Below are positions 27,632-40,949 of a stretch of DNA of 64,000 nt, piece after piece. The notes below the pieces were generated by a model. It was not told where the DNA came from. It searched no databases and saw only the letters and a list, made by a program, of their open reading frames with translations. The translations under genes were made by a program, and so were the position numbers. Every line of letters starts with the position of its first letter. The first letter of the stretch is position 1. The stretch comes from the human T2T-CHM13v2.0 reference genome, Homo sapiens: NCBI RefSeq assembly GCF_009914755.1, contig NC_060933.1; one strand, 5' to 3'.

Positions 27632-27775
27632 GGCTGGGCATGGTGGCTCACACCTGTAATCCCAGCAGTTTTGGGGGCTAAGGCAGGAGGATTGCTTGAG
27701 CCCAGTAGTTCAAGACTAGCCTAGGCAATATGTCTTGAGACTAGGCAGTGAGACCTCTTCTCTACAAAAAAAATT
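27632..27775 (+). mobile_element. FLAM_C / free left Alu monomer inside the L1
   Basis: Single monomer with ggaggattgcttgagccc; imperfect TSD aagacacaaca/aagacccaata. Confidence 0.85.
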
Positions 27776-29257
27776 TTCAAAGACCCAATAAAAGCAAGGA
27801 AATATGACACCATCAAAGGAAAATAACTCTCTGGTAGTAGATCCTAATGAAAGGGAAAGCAGTGAGTTGCCAGAAAAGAAATTAAAAATATTGATCTTAA
27901 TAAAACTCAATAATCTCATTTCGGTTATGAAAAAGAAAAAAATACTCAATAAGATAAAATAAAATAAAGCTAGGCATTTCACCAAAATCAGGAAAACAAT
28001 TAATGATCTGAATGAGAACTCCAACAAAGGGAGAGAAATCATAAATAAACCCCAGAATCCTTCAGCTGAATAATTTAATGGATGAAATAAAAAATGCAAC
28101 AGAGAGATTCAACAGCAGACTTGATCAAGCAGAAGAAAGAATCTCTGAATTGCCGAATTGAAGATAGGTTGTTTGAAATTATCCAGTCAAAGGGGAAAAA
28201 TAAGAATAGGAAAGAGTGAGAAAAGCCTGCAAAATTTATTGCACAGCATTAAGCAAACACACATTTGTATTAAAGGATTTTCAGGAAGAAAGGAGAAAGG
28301 AAAAAGCATAGAAAATCTTTCTAATGAAATAGTCAAAAATGTCCCAAGTCTTGGGAGAGATCTGGACATCAGCCAGGAAACTCAAGGGTTCCCAAATAGA
28401 TTCAACCCAAAAAGTTTCTCCCTGGGGCACATTATAGTCAAGTTGTTAAAAGTTAATAAAAAATTTTTAAAAACAGCACAAGAAGAGCATCAAATCATAT
28501 GTAAGGGAATCCCCACTGGACTAATAGTAGAATTCTCAGCAGAAACTTTACATTCGAGAAGAGAATTGGGTGATATATTCAAAGTGCTGAAAGAAAAAAA
28601 TTGTCAGCCAAGAGTGCTATACCCTACAAAACTATCTTTCAGAAATGAGGGAGAAATTTTGTTTGTTCCCAGACAAACAAAAACAAAGGGAATTTATCTC
28701 CCTTAGACTAACCTTACAAGAAATATAAGTGATTAACATAGAGGCAAAAATCTTCAACAAAATACTATCAAACCAAATCCAGTAGCACATTCAAAAGATC
28801 ATTCGCCATGACCAAGTGGGATTTATCAAGACGCAAGGATGGTTCAACATACACAAATCAATAAATGTGATACATCACATCAACAAAATGAAGGGCAAAA
28901 ACCATATAATCATCCCGATAGACACAGATAATATTTTTTAAGTAAAATTCAATATCCCTTAACAATAAGAAATAATTTAGGTATAGAATAAATGTACCTC
29001 AACACAATAAGGACTGTAATGGCAAACACAGACACAACATCATACTCTGTGAAGAAAAGTTAAAAACTTTTCCTCTAAGATCTGGAACAAGGCAAAGGTG
29101 CCTGCTTTCCCCATTTTTATTCAACATGTCAGGGGAAGTCCTTACAGATGATTTAGGAAAGATAAAGAAATAAAGGGCATCCAGACTGGAAAGAAGGAGG
29201 TCAAATTTTCCCTGTTTTCAGATGCCATATCTAATATGTAGAAAATCCTAAAAGCTA

Positions 29258-29258
29258 T

Positions 29259-29292
<34 letters not shown>
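29258..29292. repeat. (CA)n microsatellite
   Basis: Directly visible. Confidence 0.95.
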
Positions 29293-29295
<3 letters not shown>

Positions 29296-29828
29296 CTTAG
29301 AACTGATAAACAAATTCAGTAAAATTGCAGGATTTAAAATCATCATACAAAATTTAGCAGTGTTTCTGCACACCAACAATGAACTAGTGGAAAAATAAAT
29401 CAAGAAAGCAATCCTATTTACATCTGCTACAAAAAATTAACAAAATATCTGGAAATAAATTTAACCAAGGTGGTGAAAGATCTCCACAACAGCAACTATA
29501 AAATACTGATGATTTTGAAGAGGTCGCAAAACATAGAAAGGTATTCCATGTTCATGAATTGGAAGAATTAATATTATGAAAATAACCATACTACCAAAAG
29601 CAATCTACATATTCATTGCAATTCCCATAAAAATACCAAATACATTTTTCACAGAAATAAAGAAAATCCTGAATTTTTAAATGGAATCACAAAGAAACCC
29701 TCAGTAGCCAAAGTAATTATGAGCAAAAAGAACAAGGCCAGAAGCATCATACTACCAGACTTCAAAATATACTGCAAAGCTATAGTAACCAAAGCAGCAC
29801 TATTCTGGCATTAAAAACAAATATGTGT

Positions 29829-30225
<397 letters not shown>

Positions 30226-33200
30226 TTATAGCCAACCAGTTTTAAACAAAGGTGCCAAGAATATTTATTGTGGGAAGGACAGTCTTGTCAATAAATGGTG
30301 TTTGAAAAACTGTATATCTCAAAACACACACAAAAACAAACTCAAAATGGATATAGAACATACACAAAAATATACACAAAATATATACAATAAAATGTAC
30401 ACAAAATAAACTCAAAATGGATATAGATATAAAACTTAGACATAAAACCTAGAACTATGAAACTACTTCATAGTAGTTAACTTAAATAACCACTAACATT
30501 ATGAAGAAAATAGGAGAAAGAATTATGACATTGGTCTGAGTAAAGAGTTCGGAAAGGAGACCCCCAAAGCACAGGCAACAAAACAAAAAATAGACCAATG
30601 AGATTTTATCAAACTAACAATCTTCTGTATAGCAAAGGAAACAATCAATAGAGTGAAGAGGCAATCTGAAGAATGGGAAAAACATTTACAAATGAATATC
30701 CAACAAAGAATTAGTATCCAGAATTTATAAGGAACTAAAACAACTCAACAGCAAAGAGACAAATAATCCTATTAAAAAATGGGCAAGTGAGCTGAATAGA
30801 TATCTCTCAAAAGAAGATATACAATTAAAATTCATTGACAGTTATATGAAAAAATGCTCAACATCACTAAACATCAGGGAAATGCAAATCAAAACCACAA
30901 TGAGGTATGTTCTCATCCAAGGTAGAACAGCTATTATCAAGAAAACGAAAAATAACAGATGCTGGGAAGAATGAAATGAAAAAGGAGAACCCCTACATAC
31001 TGTTGGGGGAAATGTAAATTAGTACAGTCATAATGGAAAACAGTATGGATGTTCCTCAGAAAACTAAAAATAGAACTACCATGTGACCCAGCAGTCCCAC
31101 TATTGGGTATGTATCTAAAGGAAATGAAATAAGTATGTTGAAGCATTACCTGTACTCCCATGTTTATTTCAGTATTACTCACAATAGCCAAGATATGAAA
31201 TCAGCCTAAGTGTCCATCAATGCATGAATGAATTTTAAAATGTAGTATACACACATAATGAAATACCATTTGATTATAAAACAAAAACTCTGTCATTTGC
31301 AGCAACATGGATGAGCTTGGATGATATTATGTTAAACGAAACAAGCCAGGCACAGAAAGAGAAACACTTATGTTCTCGCTCATATCTGAAAGTTGAAAAA
31401 GTTGATATCATAGAAGTAGAGAATAGAAGAGTGGTTACTAAAGATGAGGAAGGGTAAGAGGAGAAGAAGATAACCAGAGGTAGGCTGATGGATACAAAAG
31501 TACAGCTAGATAGGAGGAATAGTGTTCTACAGCTCTCTAGGATGACTATAATTAACAACAATTTATTGTATATTTTCAAAGCTACCGGACCAGATTCTGA
31601 ATGTTCCCAGCACAAAATAATGATAAATATTTGAGGTGACAGATGTGTTAATCTATCAATTACCCTGATTTTATCATTACACATTATATACGTGTATTAT
31701 AATATCATATTGCACCCCATAAATATGTACAATTTTATGTGCCCATTAAAAATAATAATAAAAACAAAAACACAACACTCAAATGATATTTTTGAATAAA
31801 TACTTTAACTCATTAGTGACATATGGCATAGTAAATGGTGATGCTTAATAAAACTTTCTCGAAAAAAAGGATGAAAGGAGACCAGTGGGAAACAAAGACG
31901 TTAAATTAAGACAGGCATCAATTGCAGATGGAGGCCTACCTATAGTTACAGGTCTCCAGAATCAGAACAATGCAGTAGAAACTTGCAGAAGGAGTTAAAA
32001 ACGTGGATAAAACAGGGAATGAAGTACACCTGAGATTCAGGCCAGGTAGTGGGAGTGGAAGAAGGCCAAGGCAAGACAGGAAGGCTGAGAAACTATAAGC
32101 AGGTTTCATTTGGGAAGCCAGGCAGCTAAGGAAGCTAACTGATGAATGGGCTCAGGAGTCTAGGTAAGAGGACCAGAGATAATGAGCCCAGTGGGTGAAA
32201 AGCCAGAGACTCAGAGAGCTGACACATCAACCAATATATGTTGGGTTAACTTAAATAACCACTAACATTATGAATAAATTACTTTATAAGGGTGGTGCTT
32301 AAATTCTGGATATCATGAATGTCCTCGAGACTTGGATAAAAGCTGAGGGCTCATTTATCAAAAAAAAAAAAAAAAAAAAAAAAAACAAACCCATATGCTT
32401 TTGCATACAGTTACAGAGGTTGAGAAATTTCTCTGAAGGCTAAGTAAACCTACTTTACGTAGCTTGGATATCTCATGTGTGCGTTGAAGTTTTTATCATC
32501 CATTAATACATTGAATCCTTGCAAATCTATGAAACTGGTAACAATTATTTCTATGTTAAAAAAACAGAGCCTCAGTGAGAAGGTATTCCTTACCCAGGTA
32601 AGAAGTAAGTGGCAATATATTTAGAGATAGAAGTCATGTATTTTGATTTCAAGTTCAGTGTTATTTTCTTCCACCTTACCTCTACGCAAACAAGCTGTAC
32701 TTACATTTCTGCATAAATCAGAAAGCACTTTTACAAATATTGATTGAGTATCTGTTATGTGTCAAGCACTGTGGTAGGCACTTGGGAACAGACAAATATC
32801 CCTGCCCTTGTAGAGCTCCAGATCCAAGTTCAGGTCCGTTCCTCTCAGTCTGATAACTTGAATCGAAAAATGTTCTTGTTATAAAGTGTCTATTCAGGTA
32901 TTCAGTTCTTAATGAAAACATGTGATTGAGTAAGTATCATCCTAGGTACTAGTTGTCAAAGACAGAATTGTATCAACTAATATTAAACATTCCTCATCCT
33001 TTGTCACTAACTAATCGAGGACTTCATTCATTTTCATTTCTTTCTTTCTTTATTATTTTCCTTCTACTTTAAAATCTAAAGCTTGAAGACCCTCTGTTTT
33101 CACATATTACCAACAAAAATAAGGCCCAAATAAAACATCTAACTTATAGTTGTTCAGGAGAAAACTAATAAAAACCAGACTGAGAGCTGGGAGGCCAGCC

Positions 33201-34369
33201 CCCTCACACCAGCTCTGTCATTTATGGTGTTCTTGTATTTTCCCTGGGTCTCAATTTCTTCCTCTGTAAAGCAAACTGTATATTTCTGTGCCCATTCTCT
33301 ATCCTAACATGCTAAGATGCAATGAATTCCTGCAAGCGTTGAACGTGCCTGAGAGAAAACCTTTATAACTGCATGGTGGTTAGACATCGATGATGAGAGG
33401 AAAGTCACCCCTTCAATGAGTAGCTACCCTCTCTGGCTCTACAAGTTGAACAATTCTTAGATGAGTGGGAGTGTAGGAGGCAGGAAGGGCGAGAGGCAGG
33501 AAGAAAGCTCAGTTTCTCATCAGGAAAGGAGCAGTACAGATCATCGGGTTGAAGCAGTGAGCACAGAATGTCTGGCCATTTCTCTTCTGAAAAGGTCAGT
33601 GCCCCGCCAAACCAGGGCTGCAACATAGTGGCCTTTTAAAAAGCAGACAGCCAGAGAAGCTGCCACTGAGTTCATAAGTGTGGGGAAATGGATTCTTGTT
33701 ATGTCAGAGCAGAAAGGGACTCAACTGCATCTAGTCCAATTCTGCCCTTCTATTTTACATGCAGGGACACTGAGGTATGGGGGTGGGGTTGGGAGAGGTG
33801 ACCAAAGTCACAGAGCTTGCAGTCAGCATAGTTGTGACTAGAGTTTAGCATTCCAGAACATGCAAGGAATTCCTATTTTTGCTTAAATGAAAGCAAAATT
33901 CCCTATTGTTCTGTATATTGCCTCATTTAATAAAGTCTTTATTTTTTCCTCCATTTTTACTTGCTTGGTATCTCAGAATAAATAAAATGTGCTAACAATA
34001 GCTATCCATTTTTGACAGAGATGAGGGACCAAAATTGAAGGTGTGACTCATTAAACCTCTAGGCATGTTTTTAGAGTTATTTTGTAAATGATTAAATATT
34101 TATGAGAGTTGACAAAATTATATTTTGTTCTAATTTTTAATTTAAATATACTCTTCTCCATTCATGTCTTCTTTGCTGTCCACCTAGTCAAAGTTATCTC
34201 CTTAATGAAAATATTAAAAACCTCCCTCTTTGCTATAGCTAAAATACCTCATTTGATCCTCACAATAGTTATTGGCCACCACCCCATACAATGCCTCCTG
34301 GATTGATTTATAGTCCACTTCCCTCTCTGCTTGACAAACCCACCTCTGTTTATTAAAACAGTGTTATTG

Positions 34370-34730
34370 GTGAAAGCAATCCAGGCAGACCCACTTGCCT
34401 TTGTGCTTTGAGAACAAAGTGACCCTTGGCAAATCATTAAACCTCCCTGTGCTCAGTTGGATCTTCTGAAAAATGGAGAGAGAGATAATCCCTTTTAGAT
34501 TATTGAATGGTTAAATAAAAATAATACTCAATGTTTCTCTGCCTACTCTGCATAAAAAAAGCACTTCGCATATCTTATTTCATTCACTTATAATCATTCT
34601 TGTTATTACCTCCATGTTACAGCTGAGGACATAGAATGAGAGAAATCTCAAAATGGACGAGGTGATGTAGAATTTGAACACTCAAGCCTGTCTCGCTCAT
34701 AGAACCACACCTTTCTAAGAACACCACATG
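34370..34730. mobile_element. Two MIR fragments (first +, second -)
   Basis: gtgacccttggcaaatcattaaacctccctgtgctcagtt; ccatgttacagctgaggaca...agaatttgaacactc. Confidence 0.55.
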
Positions 34731-34754
34731 GATTACTATGTAGCACTGATTCTT

Positions 34755-35510
34755 TTTTTTTAAATTATTATTATACTTTAAGTTTTAGGGTACATGTGCA
34801 CAATGTGCAGGTTAGTTACATATGTATACATGTGCCATGCTGGTGTGCTGCACCCATTAACTCGTCATTTAGCTTTAGGTATATCTCCTAATGCTATCCT
34901 TCCCCCCTCCCCCCACTCCACAACAGTCACCAGAGTGTGATGTTCCCCTTCCTGTGTCCATGTGTTCTCATTGTTCAATTCCCATCTATGAGTGAGAACA
35001 TGCGGTGTTTGGTTTTTTTTGTCCCTGCGATAGTTTACTGAGAATGATGATTTCCAATTTCATCCATGTCCCTACAAAGGACATGAACTCATCATTTTTT
35101 ATGGTTGCATAGTATTCCATGGTGTATGTGTGCCACATTTTCTTAATCCAGTCTATCATTGTTGGACATTTGGGTTGGCTCCAAGTCTTTGCTATTGTGA
35201 ATAGTGCCGCAATAAACATACGTGTGCATGTGTCTTTATAGCAGCATGATTTATAGTCCTTTGGGTATATACCCAGTAATGGGATGGCTGGGTCAAATGG
35301 TATTTCTAGTTCTAGATCCCTGAGGAATCACCACACTGACTTCCACAATGGTTGAACTAGTTTACAGCCCCACCAACAGTGTAAAAGTGTTTCTATTTCT
35401 CCACATCCTCTCTAGCACCTGTTGTTTCCTGACTTTTTAATGATCACCATTCTAACTGGTGTGAGATGGTATCTCATTGTGGTTTTGATTTGCATTTCTC
35501 TGATGGCCAG
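34755..35510 (-). mobile_element. L1PA3-like, 5'-truncated, about 755 bp
   Basis: Antisense young L1 3' UTR (ttttagggtacatgtgcacaatgtgcaggttagttacatatg); ORF 34986-35219 equals the ORF2 C-terminus (MFIAALFTIAKTWSQPKCPTMIDWIKKMW); perfect 16-bp TSD tgtagcactgattctt. Confidence 0.95.
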
Positions 35511-35515
35511 TGTAG

Positions 35516-35733
35516 CACTGATTCTTAATCAGTGTGATTTTTTTAACCCCAGAAGGCATCTGGCAATGTCTAGAGACAATTTTAACTGTCACAACTTGAG
35601 ATGGGCAGTGCTGGCTTCTATTAGGTAAAGACCAACGATCCCGAAAAGCATCCTATACTGTGCCAGGCAGTGCCCTCAAACAAAGAATTTCATGGCCCCA
35701 AATACCAATAATACCAAGGTTGAGAAACCCTGC
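35516..35733. mobile_element. MER20 hAT-Charlie element
   Basis: tggcaatgtctagagacaattttaactgtcacaac...aacaaagaatt...ccaaggttgagaaaccctg. Confidence 0.8.
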
Positions 35734-36632
35734 TGTGTTTACTCCATTTTGTAAATTTAAGCATAATTCATTCTTGTAGATGGACATGATAGGGTGCATG
35801 CAAAGGGTTAAACACTCCATAAGCGTTGGCTATCATTATTACTACTGCTACCTCTAGACCCACTTCATATTTTGCCTTCTCTGATTTGGGGCCATCCCAG
35901 ATACATGCTAGTTGGAAATATTTCTCTCATCTCTTTCAATAACCCTTAGCTTTTCCTACATTTGACACATTATTTATTATAGTTATTTATACACATCCTT
36001 TGCCTTTTTCAATACACTGACAGTTTCCTAAGGCAAACAGTTGTGTTTATTTTCTTTTGTATCTTCCCATGTACTAGTACAGTGCCTGTCCTGTCTTGAT
36101 TGAATCTGATGAACTGAACAACCTTATGAGGAAAGGTGGGCAGAGATTATTATGTTTGTTAAATAGAGGAAACAGACTCAGAGTGCCCAAGTTGTTTAAA
36201 GCCCCATGACTTACAAATGATGAAGTTTGTACTAGATCTCACCTTGGAGTTCAGTACTAGCTTGTTTAGCTGCTGCTTATGTAACCAATTGCCAACCACC
36301 AGACTGTAACCCATTACTTTAGAGAGAAATTTCAAGAAGAAAAACTGACATGGAAGTTTGTTTCAATGTGTATTCAGTCCAGACAGACCTATTATGGAGT
36401 CCACAAAAAATAGCTGGAGAGAGAGTAACATGAAGGTCAATCTACTGTAGAAAACTCATAGTAAGGAAATCAGACACCTGAAGATGAGGACTGCATTTGA
36501 ATTAGCTAGTTGTGGAGCACTAGAAACTCTATGGTACTTCTTTGCTCCTCACTTTCCTTGTTTGTAAAATGAGGACATAATGACTACTCAAACAAACCCA
36601 CAAGTTTGTTGTGAGGAAATGTATGTCAAGTA

Positions 36633-37267
36633 CACTTAATCCTTGTTATTCACAGTAACTGTGTTCTATAAAGCTGTTGCAAGCATTGAGTTAGCAGACA
36701 TTGAACCAGTGCTCCTAAGGGAAATACAGGGTTAGGTTCCTGCAAGCCTCTAGTCACAACATTTTTATCAACCAATCAATATATAACCTTGTTTTATGTG
36801 TATTTTTGTTTAAAGATATTTAATATACATTGTTAATTCATTAACATTGAACTCATGGCCAATGCCACTATAACTTAGGTATGAACAAAGCTTATCTAGT
36901 ATTCAAATTTTATCTGCAGAGCACATCACAGCTTTCTTAGAAACAGTAGACAGCACTTCAGCACTGTGCCTGCAAATAAATAGCAAAATCACCAACAAAA
37001 CCCACAAAAATGCAAAAACCATGACACTAAATATGCTGCAAAAATGACACAAGTTTACTGGATGAGAGTGCAACAAGAATGTCGAGTATAACCTTGTTGA
37101 AGCCTAGCTGGGAACATGCCCATCACACTACTCATAGGTCTGCCACTCTGCACATATCTGTGAATGATCACAAAAAAGGTGCTAGTATTGATTTAGGGGT
37201 TACAAATAAATTTCAGCAAGTAGAAGAATTTGCAAATACAGAATTCATGAGCAATGAGTATTGACTG
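36633..37267 (+). mobile_element. MER82 (Tigger family) DNA transposon, full length
   Basis: gctcctaagggaaatacagggttaggttcctgcaagcctctagtcacaac...ggggttacaaataaattt...ttgactg; flanked by TA on both sides. Confidence 0.8.
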
Positions 37268-37309
37268 TAGGTAAGTTTTTAAAAATTGGGGTGTCAATAA
37301 GACAAAGGA

Positions 37310-38370
37310 TGAAAGGTCATTCAAAAGAGAAGGTAAAAATGGCCAATGAGCATATGAAAAAATGTTCAACATTACTGCTCATCAAGGAAATGACAATTAA
37401 AACCAAAACGCAATACTACTACACATCTACCAGAATGGCCAAAATGAAAAAGACGGACAATATTCAATTCTGTCAAAGATGTTGTGCAGCAACAAGAAGT
37501 CTAGGGAAATATATGGAAGTTGAACTGCAAATGTTATGGCCCAACAATTCTATTTCTAGATACATACTCAACAAAAATGTATACCTATTTTTACTAAGTG
37601 ACATATATGGCTGGGCACGGTGACTCATGCCTGTAATCTCCGAGCACTTTGGGAGGCTGAGGCGTGCAGATCACTTGAGGTCAGGAGTTCGAGACCAGCC
37701 TGGCCAACATGGCAAAACCCCGTCTCCACTAAAAATACAAAAATTAGCTGTGCACAGTGGCTCGTGCCTGTAATTCCAGCTACCTGAGAGGCTGAGGCAG
37801 TGAAACCAGGAGGGGAGGTTGAACCCAGGAGGGGATGTTGCAGTGAGCTGAGATTGCACCACTGCCCTCCAGCCAGGGTGACAGAGTGAGACTACATTTC
37901 AAAAAAAAAAAAAAAAAAGAAACAAAACTAAGTGACATATATATGAAATGGTTTTATCCCTAATCACCTCAGAGTGGAAAGAAGATAAAGGTCCATCTAG
38001 TAGGATAAAAAAAATATATGGTTAAATTCACAGTGAAATATTATGCAGTTGTGAAGAAATTACAGCTACACTCAACAACATGGATGACCTTCAGAAACAT
38101 AATTATGAGTCAAGGAGGCCAGGCATAAAAAAAGAAAATATACTGTATCTCTTTGTTTAGATAAATTTCAAAGGCAGGCATCACTTATCTCTAGGGTTTG
38201 AACTCAGGGCAGTGTTTACTCTTGGGGTAATGGTGACTCAGTGGGAAGGTGGCTACTTGAGAGGTGCTGGTGATATCTGTTATTTGACCTCGGTATTTCA
38301 CAGTATCCTCATTTTGTGAACTTGTGCACTTTACTGTATATGCTATATACTTCAACAAAATAAAAAATAG
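37310..38370 (+). mobile_element. L1ME-type 3' fragment interrupted by an Alu
   Basis: aaatggccaatgagcatatgaaaaaatgttcaacatta...atcaaggaaatg...caacaacatggatgaccttcagaaacataat. Confidence 0.7.
37609..37925 (+). mobile_element. Alu (AluSx/Sz-like)
   Basis: Full dimer; TSD actaagtgacatatat. Confidence 0.95.
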
Positions 38371-38409
38371 ACTTTAAGGTGGAAGCAGAGACTTAACACA
38401 CACACGCAA

Positions 38410-38950
38410 TTTACTCAGCATCTCATTCAATCGTCACAACAATCCTGTGTTTTTAAACTTTGCCTGATAATAAAAATCACCAATGACACTTCTCAAAATT
38501 AGAAAATTACCAGATCCCATTCCAAACTGAATGTATTAGAATCTCTAGGGGAAGGTACCGAATGCCAGCCTTTTAATTAAGTGATTTTATAATCAACCAA
38601 GTTTGACGTATATTGACAGATACGTGTCCTGAGAAGTAAGATTTAATGTGATCTCTAACATATAACAAGAACTTAATAAATGGTAGGTCTTTTTATTTTT
38701 AGATACAGTTGCTTCCATTTTACAGAGGAAAGATTGAAGCCCAGAGGAGGACTAAGCTAAGGTCACAGAGCTGGAAGCAGATGCCTTATATGAATTATCT
38801 CATTTTATGCTGATACCCACTCTGGGGAGTATATTCTGTTAGCCTCATCTTACCCATGAGCAAACTGTAGCTCAGGGACTTTAAGAACTTGCCCCAAAAC
38901 ACCTAGCCAAGGGATGATGGCATCAGCTCAGTTTAACTTACAAGGCTCTG
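38410..38950. mobile_element. Cluster of MIR and MER5-like fragments
   Basis: ccattttacagaggaaagattgaagcccagag; catcttacccatgagcaaactgtagctcag; attagaatctctagggg. Confidence 0.5.
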
Positions 38951-40949
38951 ATGGATTTGCTTCTTAAAGTTCTGCCATACAATAGGAAAAGTGGAAGGAA
39001 GACAAATCCAGAAGCACTGAAGTCACACTTTGGTGGTGTTTTTTTTTAACATATTGGGTGCCTGGTCATTAACATATATTCATTTTCCAACTCAACATCT
39101 CCCCCTGTAAGCAATTAGGGCAGGCTGCATACTTTCCCAGCCTTATCTTTGAATGGAAAATGTGAGAAGAAAAGAAAAACTATGCCTAGGATAGTTGTCA
39201 CCTGTGCCATCCACCCTCACAAATAACGGACTTCATTTGGGCTTCTGGTACCAGTGATTGTGGAGAATTTGAAATTAGCCACCACACCTTTATTAAAATT
39301 CTTCTTTTTGGAAGTTAGCTGTTGAGAAGTCCCTGTTGAAAACAGATTTCTCCTGTCCATATTTTTCTTGGCTAAGTAATATTTCTGGAAGTTGAGGTTG
39401 TGGCTGCTACCTATTATGCAATGTTTCATCATTAGTGTCAAGGAGAAAAACGCTTTTGTCTCAGGCGGGAGCGAAGAGGTGTGTTTCTGACCTCCTTTTC
39501 TCATATAGTAGAATATGCTTCAATCTCATTGCTTACTACTTTTTCTAGTTCATTGAGGTAGGTTAAAAACCATGGTCACATTTTAGTGGGCAGGGTCTTC
39601 AAACTTTAAAGAAAAGAAGTGGCCACTGAACTCCATTTCTTCTCTTCTTGTACCTGTGTATCATCTATTTCCACCAATTGTTGCTCATCAATTTGAAAGG
39701 ATCAGGACATTCTTTTTGAGTGGGAGAGTCAGAAATCTCTGCTTTGTTATTTGTGGCTCATTTCAGAACATTGAACACAGGCTGGACAGTTTAGGCTACT
39801 TTAACACTGAAGACCACAGGAAAATATAATGTTTTCTTGTGTGTTTGGCTTTCTTTTCTTTTGACATTGATGGATATAATTTTGACTTCACTGACATTTC
39901 AAAGGCAAGATCCTGACCTTGAATAAAGCTTCAATGAGAAGGTGGTAGAAATCCCCATTCAAGACTTCCAGCTAAGCTAAAGTCTCCAGTCCAGCTTTTA
40001 TTGACAAAACCATAAGTGGGTCCTCACTTTCTTAGTGCTCATGCGCATATGATTCCCTGGCCAGAGGACCCTCTGTTATATGCTCATATTCCACCATGAT
40101 CATAGTCATCTCATGTTCATGACTGTCAGTATAATAATCTTTATTATCAATGTTAAAAAGCCATGGCCACTACTAAATAAAAGACTTGACCACAATGGAC
40201 TGATATCTCATCATTGAAGCAGCATGATGCTTGATATACTGAGTGATGCCCAGATGCATAGACCTTTTCATCCTTCAGAAATGATTGATGTGGTTCAGCC
40301 CTCATCTCTCTTTCCCTCTGGGAGATCATTCACCATGCAGACCTGATCATGTTTATGTACAGTTCCAGTTGAGACACAAAGATGACAAATAATGCTTAGT
40401 GCTTATGCAATCCCTCCTTCCCTATGAGATTACTAAACTGACAGAAGTGCTCAACATCCAGCTGGGAATGCAGAAAACAAACCGGACTTGGTGTTAGAAA
40501 AACCAGCTGCAGCCATTTTTCTAACACTCTGGCTTTGATCAAATACTACAGTTTTGCTCCGAGCAATTTTGCTCCTAATCATTTAACTCACATGTGGTGG
40601 CGAAAGGTACATTAATCGATCATGTTTTAGATTCATTGACATTCAGCCCAAACATTCTGGCCTTGTAAGAACAGTCCAATTTCACAGATGCCTGCAGGCA
40701 GTTGCTAAGCTGCTACCCTGTGCTTCAGAGAGGGGTAAAGTATCCCTTTGTGCAAGAGACAGAAATTCCTAAATCAAGAGGATGGTGGGGAGGAGAAAGA
40801 GGAGGAGAAGGGAGGGCAGTGAGAGAGAAACCCTTCTTTCTTCTTGTTCAACTTTTCCATTGCAAAGTGGGGAAGTCAACTGGTTAAGGTTGAGGGGACA
40901 CATAAAGCCAAGGCAAGCTTTTAATTAATGAGACAGGGCAACAAAAAGG

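Noticed and set aside
28158-28706. 182-aa ORF, the longest in the window
   Set aside because: Decayed L1 ORF1p fragment, not a host gene.
34986-35219. 77-aa ORF with recognisable protein sequence
   Set aside because: C-terminus of L1 ORF2p in a truncated L1PA copy.
39217-39504. 95-aa ATG-initiated ORF on the minus strand in unique DNA
   Set aside because: No recognisable homology, promoter or convincing splice signals; length is compatible with chance.
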